A stretch of 64,000 nucleotides of DNA, from contig NMRA01000904.1 of the NCBI GenBank assembly GCA_002633005.1, forward strand, positions 1 through 64,000, read 5' to 3'. The notes beneath the pieces are model-generated. The model did no database searches and was not told where the DNA came from. It saw only the letters and a list, made by a program, of their open reading frames with translations. This DNA is from Phoronis australis. Its lineage: Eukaryota; Animalia; Phoronida. Of this stretch, positions 38,573 through 52,244 are shown piece by piece. Positions within the stretch are counted from its first letter, which is position 1, and every line of letters starts with the position of its first letter. The translations under genes were made by a program, and so were the position numbers.

Positions 38573-39956
38573 GGCCCGGTCTCCAATCTCCGTACTCAGA
38601 CTCATACTCATACTCGAGATTTCATACTCAAAATCGTGCTCACTGGAGTCGTACTCAAAAAAGCGTATCTAATGTCGTATTTCGAGTAGACTCCAAACCT
38701 ACTCAAATCTGACACTCATACTCGAGTTGCTATGGAACTCTTTATGATGTGAAATGCAAAATCACGCAAAGACGCCCTGATTCATCGCTCCCTATTGGAA
38801 TAGGCCACCCCAGGAACTAGGCCTACATTATCGTCTGCTGTCGCTATAACTACAAGATTATGTCTATGACGTGGAATTCTGAGTGTTCTGTAACTGTTAT
38901 TCATTTTTTAGTTTCAATAAATATTCTTATGTCATTTCTTTGATACATTTGGCAATTATTAAGCTTTACTTCTTGAGTTCCTCACCCAGTCCCGAAAATG
39001 TCTTAAGAAAGTTTTTAACAGCTTATCACATCACATCTCTGTTGCTAATTTACTTTGACATAAAACCAATTGCTGTGTAGGCCTACGCTGATGTCAAACT
39101 TTGATACTGTATCGTGTATTTTACTGGGATGTATTAGGTGAGTTGACATTTGGCACGTGAGTTAAAAAACAATACTTGTGCAGGCATTCAGAGTTCACCA
39201 GTGGCAGTGAACGGGACGAGAAGTCTACTTAGAAATTGGCTAACAAAATCTGGTATTCCATTTGGGATTGATGAATTATAGATGAGTAAGTTATGATGAG
39301 AAATGTACCTGACAGGGAAGCCAACTTTTTTAACTTCCCTCCCCTCCTCGTCTTTTGGAAACCCTACAAAACGTAGGCACACATACCGAAATAAGGGCAG
39401 CACAAACTTCTCACACGACTTTTCCCACAACTGCTTTCGACGCTTGTTATGACTCGCCGACAAGGGATTACAATGCGCCTGTTGCCAGGAATTGTAGAGG
39501 TAGAATGGCGGGCATAACATACAGTGATACGGCGGGTTAATAAGGTGACGAATAAGAAGATTTAAGATGAATACTATTATCTCTAAACTGAAATTGAAGT
39601 GCTGAGATACGGTAAGAGGACTTATTTTTTTAGATTTGCTGTGTTTCTTGGTTCCCTTTAAATATTTTGTTCTCTGGCTCGTATTTATTTTCGAGTTCGA
39701 TTTTAAGCACACTGCCATACCAAACTTGAAATTTGAGCATAGACTCTAAATTTTTACTCAAAATCGTACTCGAAATATAGATGAGACAAACTTCAGTTCG
39801 AGTACACTCGAAAACTGAGTACGTGCTCGAAATTTCGAGTACAGATTTTTCGAGTATGACATTGAATACACCAAAGCTGAGTCTGTACTCGAGTTGAGTA
39901 TGAAGTGTGAGTTTGAGAATGATTCGAGTCTGAGTACGGAGATTGGAGACCGGGGC
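38573..39956 (-). mobile_element. Non-autonomous Harbinger (family A) with decayed transposase exon 1
   Basis: TIR GGCCCGGTCTCCAATCTCCGTACTCAGACTC; CTG TSD (38570-38572, 39957-39959); empty site at ~7715; 39718-39310 resembles the N-terminus of the 3076 transposase. Confidence 0.9.
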
Positions 39957-41768
39957 CTGGGCATTCTAATGAATTCTGAAATTTCATGGCATGACTTGCT
40001 GGTATGATTATTATGTAAGCGCATTCACAGATACGGAGCCGCTCTGACCGCACCCAGAACAACTCTTGCACGTCCTTAACCTTAAATTGCCTTGCGGAAG
40101 TGAACGTTACCACCAGGTGGGGCAAACTTCAGTGAAACAGCCAATCATTCTTAGTTTGAAAGACATACGACTTGCCGCGTGCGAGAAGTTCACACATACG
40201 GAAATAAAGGTTCACCGAGGGGAATCCAAGGCCACGGAAATACCCAAGGAAACACCCAACTTTCATCAAATGAAATTAGAAACAGACAACCGTGTGAAGG
40301 TATCAATAAATTTCTTTTTAACTGCAGGAGCAATTTTGTTATTAGTATTTTGATTGTCAAAACTTGACAATTACCACATTACGCGTTGGAGAAATAATTC
40401 TTTAAAAAATGGTGTGGCACAAGTTCAACAAATTCCTTTGTAATTCTCACTCAGCACATTGGCAGCAAAAATTTCGTCTTCAGAAAGCGTATCTTTTGGA
40501 ACCATTTGTATCAAATGGATGAGCATCATGAAAATGGCTTTCAGTTTCCCTTTTTTCCGGAAAAGAAATGCTTCAAAATTACTAAACATAGATGCGTCTA
40601 AGGCTACAGGCAATGCTAATATCTATCAGTGTCCCACACTACATACGGGCACCTCTCTCTCGCTCTCATTTTCAATAGAATATTAGCACAATATAATAAC
40701 TTTTTGTAAACGAAAAACTCTCCGATTTTCAAAAAGATGACTCAAATTATTGTATATATCGTTTTCCACTGACCGATCCACGATGTCATATGAGGTGATG
40801 CTCTGCAGGAAAATGTCAGCCTCACCCCTAAAAACGGTAAGGCCGTGACGGTCCTGTTAACCGGTATTGTGACGGCACCCTATGTTGCCCGTAAACCACC
40901 AACTTACTTATCAGATCTCAGGAAATTTCAGTTTATTTTTCAGATTCACGAAGGTTTGCTGCAATATGGGAAGTGCAAAATTCCACGTACCCGAATGTAC
41001 CAAAACGTTTACTTACTTAATGCTTCAGGATTGTCTGGTTCAAGCGTCTCAGTTTCTGTTCCCGTGTAGGGGAGCTGCAAACAGAGCTGTGATTAGTTTC
41101 CGGGTTCGTAGTGCCGTAGGCACCGTTTCTCTTATAAAGAGGCCAGTTCGGCGTTTTGCTCCAAGCCAGACATTGCCCACTCCATTTCTACGTTAATTTG
41201 CGTTTATTGTTCGATTCGTGTGATCAAACATAAAGAGCGTTATCCGTTAAAAACTGATAAGTCAACCTAATACGTAGTCGATGTGTCTAGGATGTCACAG
41301 TAGGCGGTACTGAATCACGACTACGTAATAGGGTTTCATTGTTTTAATGATTTAATCTCGCTTACCATAACGGGTTCAGAGTGTTGTGGGGGCCCAACTG
41401 TCAGAAAGCGAGGATCTTGAGGTGGTAGTGAGAATTTTTCATCTTTATTTTCTTCCGCAACCTCTCTGAAAACCATACTGCACTGTACCCGATGGTACGA
41501 AGGATAACGAATGAAATTTAATGTGAAATCTAAGCCAAAATAATAGTTCTCGCCAAAAATAAACCTGCTAACACTCAAAAATAAATACACAAAACGTACC
41601 GAGCGTGGCGCACATGAAGTAATATCCCACATTCCGCGTATTTGAAGGTCTCGGTCGATACGCGGAATAATGCCGAGTTGGATATCATTTCATGTACGCC
41701 ACTCGAGGTACGGGGTACGTTTTGTATTTACATGTATCCCATACGCATCGAATTCGTAAGTTTCTTTA

Positions 41769-42281
41769 GGGCCTTTCATACTAACGTCGACGCGTCGATG
41801 GTTTGGGGAGTTGCGGTCAGTATGAACGCTTAACTCCGGTCCTGGATCGCAGTTAAGAGCTCCAGTTAACATCGCAGTTATAGGTGGATTTAAGACCGCA
41901 GCGTCGACGCTGCGGTGCAGTATGAACGCTTAACTCCGGTCCAATCGAAGTTATCTCCAGGTGCCACTGTTATCGTCAGTTACAGAGTAGTGCCGTCACT
42001 AATAACTACTTATTTTTGGTTTAATGATAACCAATCGATTTAAAAATGAGTTTTATATCATTGAGCACATTTAAATGTTCCAAATTGTCACATTGAAAAA
42101 ATCTTAGCGTGCAGCGCTACCTTGCGATAACTTCTATGACGTCAGCGTCACCAACCCTTTACTTCGATGGTCATTAAATACCGAAGCCAGTATGAACGGT
42201 CCAGTTAACTGCGCTGTTTACGTCGACGCTCCGCTCAGACCGGAGTTAAGTCAATATAGGCCCTTTCATATTGACTTAACT
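41769..42281. mobile_element. Harbinger-like MITE with rearranged right end
   Basis: Begins TTA|GGGCCTTTCATACT; repeated CAGTATGAACGCTTAACTCCGGTCC; absent from copy 1 of the block. Confidence 0.55.
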
Positions 42282-42763
42282 TATTACCTTAACTTATTAA
42301 CTTATTACATGGCCGTATTTCCCTCGACAGATTCGTATGGGATAAAAAACAATCTTTTTGCTAAAATTCTCATACACTTCTGTCTTTTCAGTAAAAAGTA
42401 ATGTGATGAAAAATGTGTGATCATCCATTAGGTGTTTGATTCTTTTTTAAGAAATAAATATTTAAATGGTAGTTTGATGTGGAGCCCTAAAAATATCCAT
42501 ATATGGGGCATTATGTGGGCTTATCCGCTTAATGGGAATTTTCAGATACTATACCTTATACACAATTATCTAAACGCACAAGCAAACATGGTACCTAAAA
42601 TGTTCCACTTTTGAACAAAATGTTGCCAAAATGTACGACTCTTACAAGAAGAAGTATCAAGTTAAGTAACATGAAAACGGAATGACATGGAAGAAAACGT
42701 TGGTGGCTTGTTGGGATTTAATCTTGAATGATCTTATCAATTTAAAGTTGATGCTGTTACTGA

Positions 42764-44325
42764 TACCAACCCAGCACGACAAAATGAGTCTTAAGTCGGA
42801 AACTATATTTCCAGACCAGACTGCAAACAGTCGCTTTTCGGTGAAAATTAGGTCAAAATCTTTTTATTGCAGATTATGACTATTTATTCATTCTACTTCA
42901 CAGAACATTTCTTTAAAACAAGCAAACCTCATTTTAAACCTTATTTATTTCATTTTGAAACACATCACTTTCTCCACAACTCGTGAAATTTCATCAAAAT
43001 TTGCCGGTTTTCGTGGCCACATTTTTAATCACTCGATAACCCAATTCACTCGTAAAAAATGTCAACAGAAAGGTCAAACTCTGCTCAGTATGCATGTACT
43101 AAGCTCTTTGAGTTTTTTGTCCTATTATTAGTCGCAATTTCATCTTTTCCATTCGGGGTGAATTCAACAGAAGTGCCACTCATCAGTCTTTTAGCTAGCA
43201 ACGACCTTTTAACCTAATACATCGCTGATCTCATCTCATTCGCTAGAACTAGTCAAGTGGGCGTGAAATCGTGAGGTTGCGAGGCCACGGCGTGTTGACA
43301 AGACAGTAAGGTGGCTGATCGTCGTGTAGCTGATATCTGATTAACTCTTGCTGCTCACTGCCGTATCAATATCAGCAAGAATTAACTGAACTCATCGAAC
43401 AGCACATTTGTGGATGGAGACAAGGACGAATTTCATGACTGCGACGAGTCGTCTGACGACAGCAACTCGTCGCAACATGAGTTTCATGGTCGACCCATCG
43501 TGAATACGGTTATGTTGGATTGGAACAAGCAGAACTTGAAGAAAACAGTCCTGATTAGCTTAATCGCAGAACAGTGTCTTCTTCCTGCGAATCCAGTGGA
43601 TAGGGGTGCAAGCAGCTGAAAGTTACTGCAAGAGAGAACAATCTTCGACAGGGCTGCATCACTCAGTGTGTCGTCGAGGAAATCGTTGCTGTGCAGTTGT
43701 TAGTGAAGGACTTGGAAAGGGATGAGTGATGTCATTTATTTTTCAAAATTATTTATACTAGCGTAAAATTTTGAATTATTGTGAACAAAAGTCAGCCAAT
43801 AGTATTTATTTTGTAATTTACAGGACTTTATTTTATTAAACTTTTCCAAAATACACTTTAACTACTTTTTTACTAACGGCAACCCCTCCTGCCAAAAGTG
43901 GACTTATCCCGTATACATTAGCTGGAAAATTTATTGACCAAGTTGCTGTAACCCAACATGAAGATCACTCCTTTTGGGCCGAAATTACGTAATAAGGTCA
44001 ATATGTTTTTCTAATTATTGATTATTTTTATTTGTTTATGTTGTTGTGTGTACTAATTAGTCTAAAATGTAGCATTCATTTGCAGGTTGCTAGGGAAATT
44101 TTAAAGACACTATTAGCACTTTTTCTCGGCCATTTTCCTTGACTTTTGTAAGCTCTAAATTTGTGCTTTCTCCGACTAGAAATGGCAATAACTCGGCCAT
44201 TTGTTAAGATAAGGACATGTTTTTTGCATCAAAATGATCAGAAAATACTGTATTTTCATAAACAATAACAGTTACAAAAATGACAAATCCCTACTTAAGA
44301 GCCATTTTGTGGTGCTGGATGACTT
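42764..44325. mobile_element. ~1.56-kb non-autonomous TIR element forming the right end of the duplicated block (counterpart 9774-17070)
   Basis: Imperfect ~30-bp TIR CCAGCACGACAAAATGAGTCTTAAGT / ACTTAAGAGCCATTTTGTGGTGCTGG in both copies. Confidence 0.65.
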
Positions 44326-44672
44326 TTTGCTATAATTTTACCAATCATTCAGTGACATATTAGTGAAAAGTGATCAATCACGTTCTACAGGTTTTTTACT
44401 TTCACAAAAGATGTTTTTCCAAAGGTAATGGTTTTGTACATATTTCGGTGAATAGGCAAACTTGCCATAAGGGTCTTACGTAAACTTATAAAACATGATA
44501 GTGGAGCGAGCCTTTAAAGATTATCAATTACTGCATTTCTTAAAAGTGAAGCAAAAAAACGTAAACAAGTTAGAAAACAGTATAGTGAAGTTACTGGTAA
44601 TCTTAAAAGTCGACCCAGACCGGAGCTCAATCAGACATGCCAAGCTCAAGGGATGCAGAGAAAGATAAACAT

Positions 44673-47600
44673 TTAACGTTCGGAAACTGTATTTCTGGCC
44701 GGGAGTGAGACGTTGAAACGTTCTTTCTTCTTTATCTGTATAGGTTGTGAAAGTTTCCATCTCGTTTAAGTACAGGAAAAGCAGGAGTTGTATGAGGACA
44801 TTTGATTGCATATACACAGTGCTTACTTTAACTGCGTTACCCCGCGATTATTCTTTCTCCAGTAAACGATGGCGCAAAAGGATGCCACTAGAGCTGCCAT
44901 GCTTGCAATGACGACTCCAATGACTACTGCCGACTCCATTACGGCGCCACCACTTTTATCGAAAAAGGTTGCTGTCTTATCTGAAAGATGAGAATAAGCA
45001 AAGGACGTGATGTGGTTGTCACGTGATTATTTTGAACAACAGTGTAACGGAGCAGACATATTTCGCCTTACTGTATTTTTAGCTACTATTTTACGGGCTC
45101 CATTGGCACTGACCCACTCGATTGTGTTTCAACACGTAATCGGTGGCCTCTGTTATGACTTTCCCACGGGCGACACACCATAGGGGGCTGGTGGCTTTAG
45201 CCCCCACGTTTTTAGTGCTGCGCAACCCATGGTCTATGATGTGACTTGTTCCATGGTTATTCGTGACGGGACCGGGCGAAATGTTTCAAAATTTGTGGAA
45301 TGCTAAAGGAACCCGTGTGGACTTTGAAGAAGAAATTGTAGGGATCCTGTTTCGCGTACCTAAAACTAGAAGTATGTCATTTTCACGATCTAGCGACTGC
45401 AACTTTAGTCAACGGAAAGCGTCCGAGAAACGACGGTTTGACACAAGGGTCGCTGACATACTCCGTGCTCTCACATTTTGCGACGTATCAAGGCGTATTT
45501 AAACCATCAGCCTATATCCATTATGACTTGTTGAAACCCATTCACACATTTTGCGTAAAGGTGCATGTGTCTGGCAGGTTTCCCCTGAAGGCACAGGCGA
45601 CCACGTGTCACCTCCTGCGGGTGTGCATGTGTGAAATTGAGAGTTACCCGTGTGCTGTTGTAATTAGAAATATAATCCTTGCCAAATCAACGGAATTTCA
45701 TTAGTACGTAAGTATAGAAGTGAATCTAAACAAAACATTGGCTCACCTATAGGCGGTATACACTGCTTTGGCTTTTCTTCCGTGAGTGCTAGAAATACAC
45801 GTTTATTGGATGTACAATAAAAAGCGAAAAGACGAACGTCGGTATTAAAATCTATTAAAGTAATTCCCACTTTCCAAGCAGTACCCACTTTATCAAGGGC
45901 AGGATACAGTCTGCCAGTATACAATGTAACACAGTCGGAACAAGCTATCGACGCTGTCTTTTTCACTTTATACTATTTTTCCTGAGTTTCAACCGTTGGT
46001 AACGGCAGGGCATTTCAACATCTACAATATTATTAGTGGGATGAATACATTACGTTTAAAGTATATTACTGCCAGTTTTGGAGTAACTGTACCGAGGGGT
46101 TGCAGACAGTGCGCATAACTAAATGCAAACTTCGACTTTCGACTGAAAATCAATCTGCGGATAATTTATCGCTTTTCACAAAAATATGGCTAGGCTGAAA
46201 CTTCCAATAGTTGTCTACAGCTCGAACCGTTGGCTGTTCGAATGGAAAGCAGATAAAGAGGTTTGGAAAATGGTAAAACAGGCATGAAACAACTTTCGGT
46301 CAGTCGTAATAGGCTCTTCGATGAACGGGCCTTGGGCCGGGATCTTACCTTTTTACTCAAGACCGGACTCGAAATTATTTTTGACATTTTGTACATGTAT
46401 GCTCATTTTTTGAACTTAAGATAACTAAGTGTCTATTATCGTAAACTGAAGTGTAATGACTGGACAGTTTGCACTTAATGAGCCCATCACTAAGGCTTAA
46501 AGTTCCAGTGTGAACCCGAATTTTCCAGGTTTTACATGCTTCGAGTTTGTAGCTCGATATTAGGGGACACCAACTACGAATGTGGACTAGAATCTCATTT
46601 GCACAAGCCAAAGTGTGGTTGACCACAGAATAACACACACAGGCTTGTCTTGAACACAAAAAGGTAAAACTGAAAGTATTATGAAATTGGTTTGATTTCG
46701 AGTGGAAGACTTAGATCCCAGTCTTTGGTTTATGGCGTGTTTGTTCAGCATTTCTATAGATTTAATTTTCACTGTTTCTTCCACATGTTTACTTCTGTCC
46801 ACATTGTTTGTTGAGAACAATCAATGAACAGTAATTAACTGGTTGTTAGAACACACACACACGTTTGTCCACGAGCACTCTCGCAAAGGGTTGAAATGCA
46901 GGAAAGGCTCTGCAAAGCAAAATATTGAAAAACTGTTGACACACCACCACTCCACTTCGATTTTGCACCAAAGGCCTCCAGGTTTTCACAATATTCGCGT
47001 GTTTGGTCATTTTCCGAAGCCAATAATTATTCATGGACTTTTGTGCTTTCGACAATATGTACGGACCAACACGAGCTTTCGGCCAGAATTGAAATGCTTT
47101 CTCACCGTTTTCGTCGAAATTTTGTAACTGTTCAATTTAATTTGAAAATTACCTAACTGATGGCTGGAATTTCAAGCTAATTTTGAACTTCAATTTGGGC
47201 ATTTCAAAAGCAGTTAAATTAAATGTCTTGAGAGTTTATATAAATTAAGAAAGCGAATCTGATTAACGTAAAAGTTAAACTGATCGCAATATTTAAAGGT
47301 TTAAGATTCTCCCAAATTTGATTACCTTCAACTCTGTAAATGTTGTTATATGGTAGTGACGTGTTATAACGGGATTTCTGGAGATTGTCTCTCAGCAACT
47401 GAGTTGGTTGCTCCGGCAGTCTGGGCCCACGAAACCTTATAAGGAAGTATATCTGTATAGAACCATCATCGGTCTTCGTCATACCGAGGACATTGCATTT
47501 TTGTTTGAAGGTACGCCACGTCCGGCTCTTGTCTAAAGCAAAATCAACAACACGTGGGAACTCAGACCGAACCGACCTGGATAAGTCACTGACTGGCGAA

Positions 47601-47899
47601 TCAAAGACACTTTTCCACTCATCCCTCAGCAGTACGTATCCTTTTAAATGCCAGGTTTCTGCAACGCAACACAAGCGCGAGTTATGCTGATACAACTTAA
47701 AGTGCTTAAATTACAAATATCATGCGTTTGCCTAGGTTTTGACCACCTGTGGTTCTTTTCACTTTTCGAAAGACATCGGAGAAGTGCAGATATGGCACAA
47801 CTTTGTACAAGAAATTCGCATGTTGGCGTGTTGGTAGACATGACCCAATGGCGCTGGGTACGTTCATACGTCACACCCATGTCCATGGAACTGAGGAAC
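44673..47899 (-). CDS. Single-pass membrane protein with SEA-like domain; exons 47899-47747 (in-frame TGA), 47658-47326, 45788-45747, 44980-44841, 44735-44673
   Basis: All introns GT-AG with consistent phases (1,1,1,0). 333-nt symmetric exon ETWHLKGYVLLRDEWKSVFDSPVSDLSR...DGSIQIYFLIRF (SEA-like). TM AVVIGVVIASMAALVASFCAIVYW + RKNNRG. Tail IKKKERFNVSLPARNTVSER*. 5' end not found. Confidence 0.65.
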
Positions 47900-48222
47900 C
47901 TACAATTAAAGTCGCCTTTCTTATATTTTCTTGTATTTGAGATACTGAATTAACGATTGTGTTGTGTAGTGCTATTAAGGAACGTTCAGTGACACTGACA
48001 AAATACATGTAGTCACTTGTCAAAACAGGGTAGGCCTAAGTCACGGTTGGACCAAAAGCTTCTTAAGTACACCACGCGTTAGATGTTCTAGACTCTGAAG
48101 CTGCAGTTGTCCACAGTTCTCGCAGTGTCACCCAAAGCGCGTGTCAATATGAGACCCGTGTTGTTCGATGACGGGTATTACTGCTTTTAGTCACAAACTG
48201 GCACGTGGAAAAAGTGATTTAA

Positions 48223-49171
48223 AGAGTACACAACATGACTCTAGTACCTCAAAATAAATTTTATTATTGTATCTTACTTGATTTCAGTGCATTTAGTGCA
48301 CAGCTCATAAAGAAACACGCAAAAATTGAAATAATAATAATTATGTACAACGTCATGGGTTGAACCCAACTCGTTCGCCATGCTGTTCGGATCAGAGACA
48401 AAGTGTATAGAGTGAAAAGAAAGCAAAGTACATTTAGCGTCGAGAAGGTTCGTAGAGGGATCAAACGATGTGTTTCCGGAGGCTGCAGCAACAGCAGCCA
48501 GGCGGAGAACGTCTCGGTGTTCCGAAGGACACCAAATTTGCGAAGAAGTGGCATCGCTTCGTGCGCCGAACGAGAGTGTGGGACGTCATCGTGGACCAAG
48601 CGATTCGGTCCGGGGCCACTCTGTGTTCTGCCCACTTTGAGGACTCGTGTTTCGACTCCAGTCACAGCAGACGTTACGATGAAGGCCTGGTTCAATAAAG
48701 GACAATATTTATCATTCAGAAACATCAGCTCTTCATTCAGGATCGTCTGTTGGATGACTGGGTTGACTCGCCGAGCCCGAGGCCGCTTCTCTCGCGGGAG
48801 GATCCAGTTCGTAAGGCTCAAAGTAGAAAGCACATTAAACTAATGTTCTTGCTTTCGTGCAACCCCATTTCCTCATCCTGGCCACCATTCCCGTACGTTT
48901 CTTCGTAGTATTCGTTCAATTCTTGCTCATAATCGTCGTCGCTTTCAAATTCCCTGCTCTCCGCCATTGTTCAATGCTAGTCACTGATCTCTTGTGTTCA
49001 ACCCATGACGTCACATGGCGGGAAATGTGAAAATTGGCAAAATTGAAAGAAAAATCAAAATTTCGAGCTAATTACGCAAAATAAATATGGGTTTAGCTAA
49101 ATTTTACGTTATACATTTAGTCTGTGGCCACCGGTAATTCAAAATGTGCAAAAATCCATGGTGTGTACTGT
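48223..49171. mobile_element. Second Kolobok deletion derivative (THAP + KolX remnants)
   Basis: TTAA TSD (48219-48222, 49172-49175); TIR AGAGTACACAACATG / CATGGTGTGTACTGT. Plus strand KRCVSGGCSN..PKDTKFAKKWHRFVRRTR..LCSAHFEDSCF; minus strand MAESREFESDDDY..FEPYELDPP. Confidence 0.8.
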
Positions 49172-49809
49172 TTAAAACCCAGTGTTCAGTGCCTAGTTTA
49201 AGAGGCGGAATGATGGAAGGGAATGGGTAACAACCTGCGTAAAAGTTTTTGTATGGCTACAGTAGGCAAGTCGCACGCCAACAAAAATTGTACGCGGTAA
49301 ATGCACATGCTTTCCTCGCCAAAAGTGTATTGGGTTTATGCGCGAACCCAGCCTGTATTATGGGGGGGCCCGAATTTCCGACGATGAGGATTTTTATTGA
49401 AAAAAAGCGGGAGGACTAAAAAACGGGGTACCACCTTCGGAGCTGTGAGTTGTGTGTTTGTGCCTTTTTAATGGACTTGGAATTTTTGTTTCTCTGGGGC
49501 AGACCTTTTTGCCCACTTCGTCAAACGGGGATGGGGGCTCATTCGAGCTTCCCGACCCCCTTCCCCTGCTTGGAGCGCGCATGGTTTGAGATATTTGTAA
49601 AAGACAGAAAACGCAATGCCATAAAGTAGAATCGTGGCCCCCACTAAAATGATTTGTCAGCAAGTCTTGAATACAAGTTGCAATCCCGGTTTCCGCTCTA
49701 TTAACAAAAATATTTCGCGGCAAGTGTCTAGCGGGAATCCTTCGTTACGCAGCGCACCTGTGATGCCCGGTAAAACGGAACGCATTGATGGCTTTATAGA
49801 CCAATCATT

Positions 49810-49882
49810 TTATTATTAATTCCTTCATCCTTTCACTCATTCATTCATAGTTCCATGCATTCACTCACTCATTTATTCATTA
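49810..49882. repeat. Degenerate (TCAT)n microsatellite
   Basis: ttcactcattcattcat...ttcactcactcatttattcatt. Confidence 0.7.
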
Positions 49883-50908
49883 GTTTAAAGTCCTTCTCTC
49901 AAACTGCCCATGTGGTTCCAGTATCCGAAAATACTTACTACATAAAATCCTATTTTCGACACCCTTTCTTTATATTCGTTTCGCCTTTCTTGCCAAAAGC
50001 GATTTTGAACAGTATTTGACCCTTCTCTCTGAGCTTATGATTACCGGTTGTCATCGGTTATTTCCGTACCTACATTTCCGGCTCATCAGTTCAGGAACTT
50101 GTCCTGAAAGCCGCCATTTTTTCCTTGCAACTGAATGTGCTATCGCTTGCTCGAAAAGTCTTCATTGTTTTGTTTTGTTAGTAATATCTTGTGATTCGTT
50201 TGCATATGTAGTGTATTTATAGTTTGTAGTTAGTGGTCGTTGTTGTTTTTTTGGAATGTTACGCGTACTTAGTATGTTAAAATAGCATTGGTGTTTAGTT
50301 CCTTACGTAGGCCGGTCGAACCTAGGAACCAATATGGGTCGAACCTATTTTTTCGGTTTTATTTTTTTCTCGCTTTGAAAAAGTACTTAATTTGCTATCA
50401 TCGGAAAGGTAGTGCATTCTACTCAATAAAAATCGAAAAAGTATCAAAATAGGGGCAAGCAGTGTAAAGTTTTGTGGCGAAATTTGGGTCACGTTTGTTT
50501 GGATCGCGTCGGCCATATTGGAGGACAGCGGGATGAGTTACGAGTTTAAAACTTTGTTTTTAAATTGTTTTCGCCAACAAATTACGGTGAATTTTAGTTA
50601 GACATATCTTTACTTACTATTCTGCACGATTTAACAGTGTTCACCAAATTTCAGCCTCGCAGTTGTTACTCATTAAGTGATAAATGTGCTCACAATTACC
50701 GTTGGACTTCGTCTCATTTCTGGCGGCACCGACAGCATGGCGACTTTTGCTGAACTGAAAGGCATGTTCAATCGGCTACTTTGTAATTTGTGAAGATTTA
50801 ACGTTGATACATTTTGACAAACGTCGCTACAAAAAAAGAAACTTTGTTCAATTTTCGTGTTTTTGTGCAAAAATATAAGATGTATTCGAATTGTTTTACT
50901 GTAAATTT

Positions 50909-51280
50909 CCCATTCAGGTGATCTTACGCTAAGCTAAAAAAATAGTTGAAATAATTTTGAAATGGTTTTTTGTTTGACTGTCAACTGCTGTTCAAGACTT
51001 GATTCGGTGTCACAAACTGATTCATATTTTTCTAAATTTTAAGTCTCAATTGCTTTCAAGTCATGTTTTGTAACTTATTGCTTCTTAATTCAGGNCCCAT
51101 TCAGGTGATCTTACACTAAGCTAAAAAAATAGTTGAAATAATTTTGAAATGTTTTTTTGTTTGACTGTCAACTGCTGTTCAAGACTTGATTCGGTGTCAC
51201 AAAATGATTCATATTTTTCTAAATTTTAAGTCTCAATTGCTTTCAAGTCATGTTTTGTAACTTATTGCTTTTTATTCAGG
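50909..51280 (+). repeat. ~185-bp tandem duplicate across single N at 51095 (probable assembly overlap)
   Basis: CCCATTCAGGTGATCTTAC...ATTCAGG repeated immediately either side of the N with few substitutions. Confidence 0.85.
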
Positions 51281-52244
51281 TTAGTAAATCAACAATATGA
51301 ATAATCTTAATTTGAGAAATAAGCTATGTTGGATTGTGAAGCTTCAAGCCTCTAATTCTTGTTCCCTGCAACTTCATATTTTTTTAAATGATGCTTGTCA
51401 AATTCTGGTGTAAGAAAACACTATTCCGTCACCATGGTAATAGTTACATGTATGTCCATTTTCATATCATGGAAACTTGCTGTTGAATAGTGTTTGTAAT
51501 GCTAAATCTTGTAAAGTATTGTGCATTTTAAGTTACGTATTATGTTAAAAGTTTGAATCATTTTGGGTTAATGAATAAAAATGATAACATTTTGTATTGG
51601 ACTTCTCATACTTATGTGCTCTAACGAGCTCCCTTTTTGGAGAACTGGAAAAAGGTCTGCCGCAGTCAGAGAAGCCCGAATTCCGAGAAAAGTAGAAAAT
51701 GAGACAAAATTCCACTAGAAAACAGGAAGTACCAAAATTTAGCGTCTGCAATTCATAGCTCTGAACATACTCACTGAATCTTATCGTAAAAGATAGACAT
51801 TCCCAAAAAGTCAGCTGTTTGTCGAATGATTGTGAGCGCATGTGCACATTTATCATAAGTGGGATGGAGATTAGAAACTCTGTGGTGACTACAGTTTTTC
51901 CTTCACGTGTATTTCAGAAATCGTTAATTTCGTGTTTTTTTCTGGAAATTACCTCACAGGGCAAACTTGAAGTAGACGTTGCAAGCTCGTATTTTCGTTA
52001 GGAATCGCTTAAAATGTATTTTTGAAGTGCTTTCGCGTTCCACGCCTTTTTAATGTCTGATTTTGAACATTTTTATCAAATAAAATTTTATCATGTTATT
52101 TACACTATTGTTTGCTACCAATGTACCTTCCTGTTTGCTGAAGTTTACTAGAAAGATTGGTAAAAAGTCAAAAATAAAATTGTACGTGTACATATACTTT
52201 TAATGAGTTGAAATGTATAGTTTTGTAGATATTTGTCTAAGTAC

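Larger units (their letters stand above)
36911..44330 (+). repeat. Composite duplicated block, copy 2
   Basis: Colinear with 6062-17075, with private insertions at 38573-39956 and ~41585-42340. Confidence 0.9.

Noticed and set aside
47871-47873. Selenocysteine codon
   Set aside because: No redox motif context and no SECIS identified; a nonsense mutation is simpler
48264-48843. 189-aa and 146-aa ORFs
   Set aside because: Shadow or partly out-of-frame readings of the GC-rich Kolobok THAP/KolX remnants
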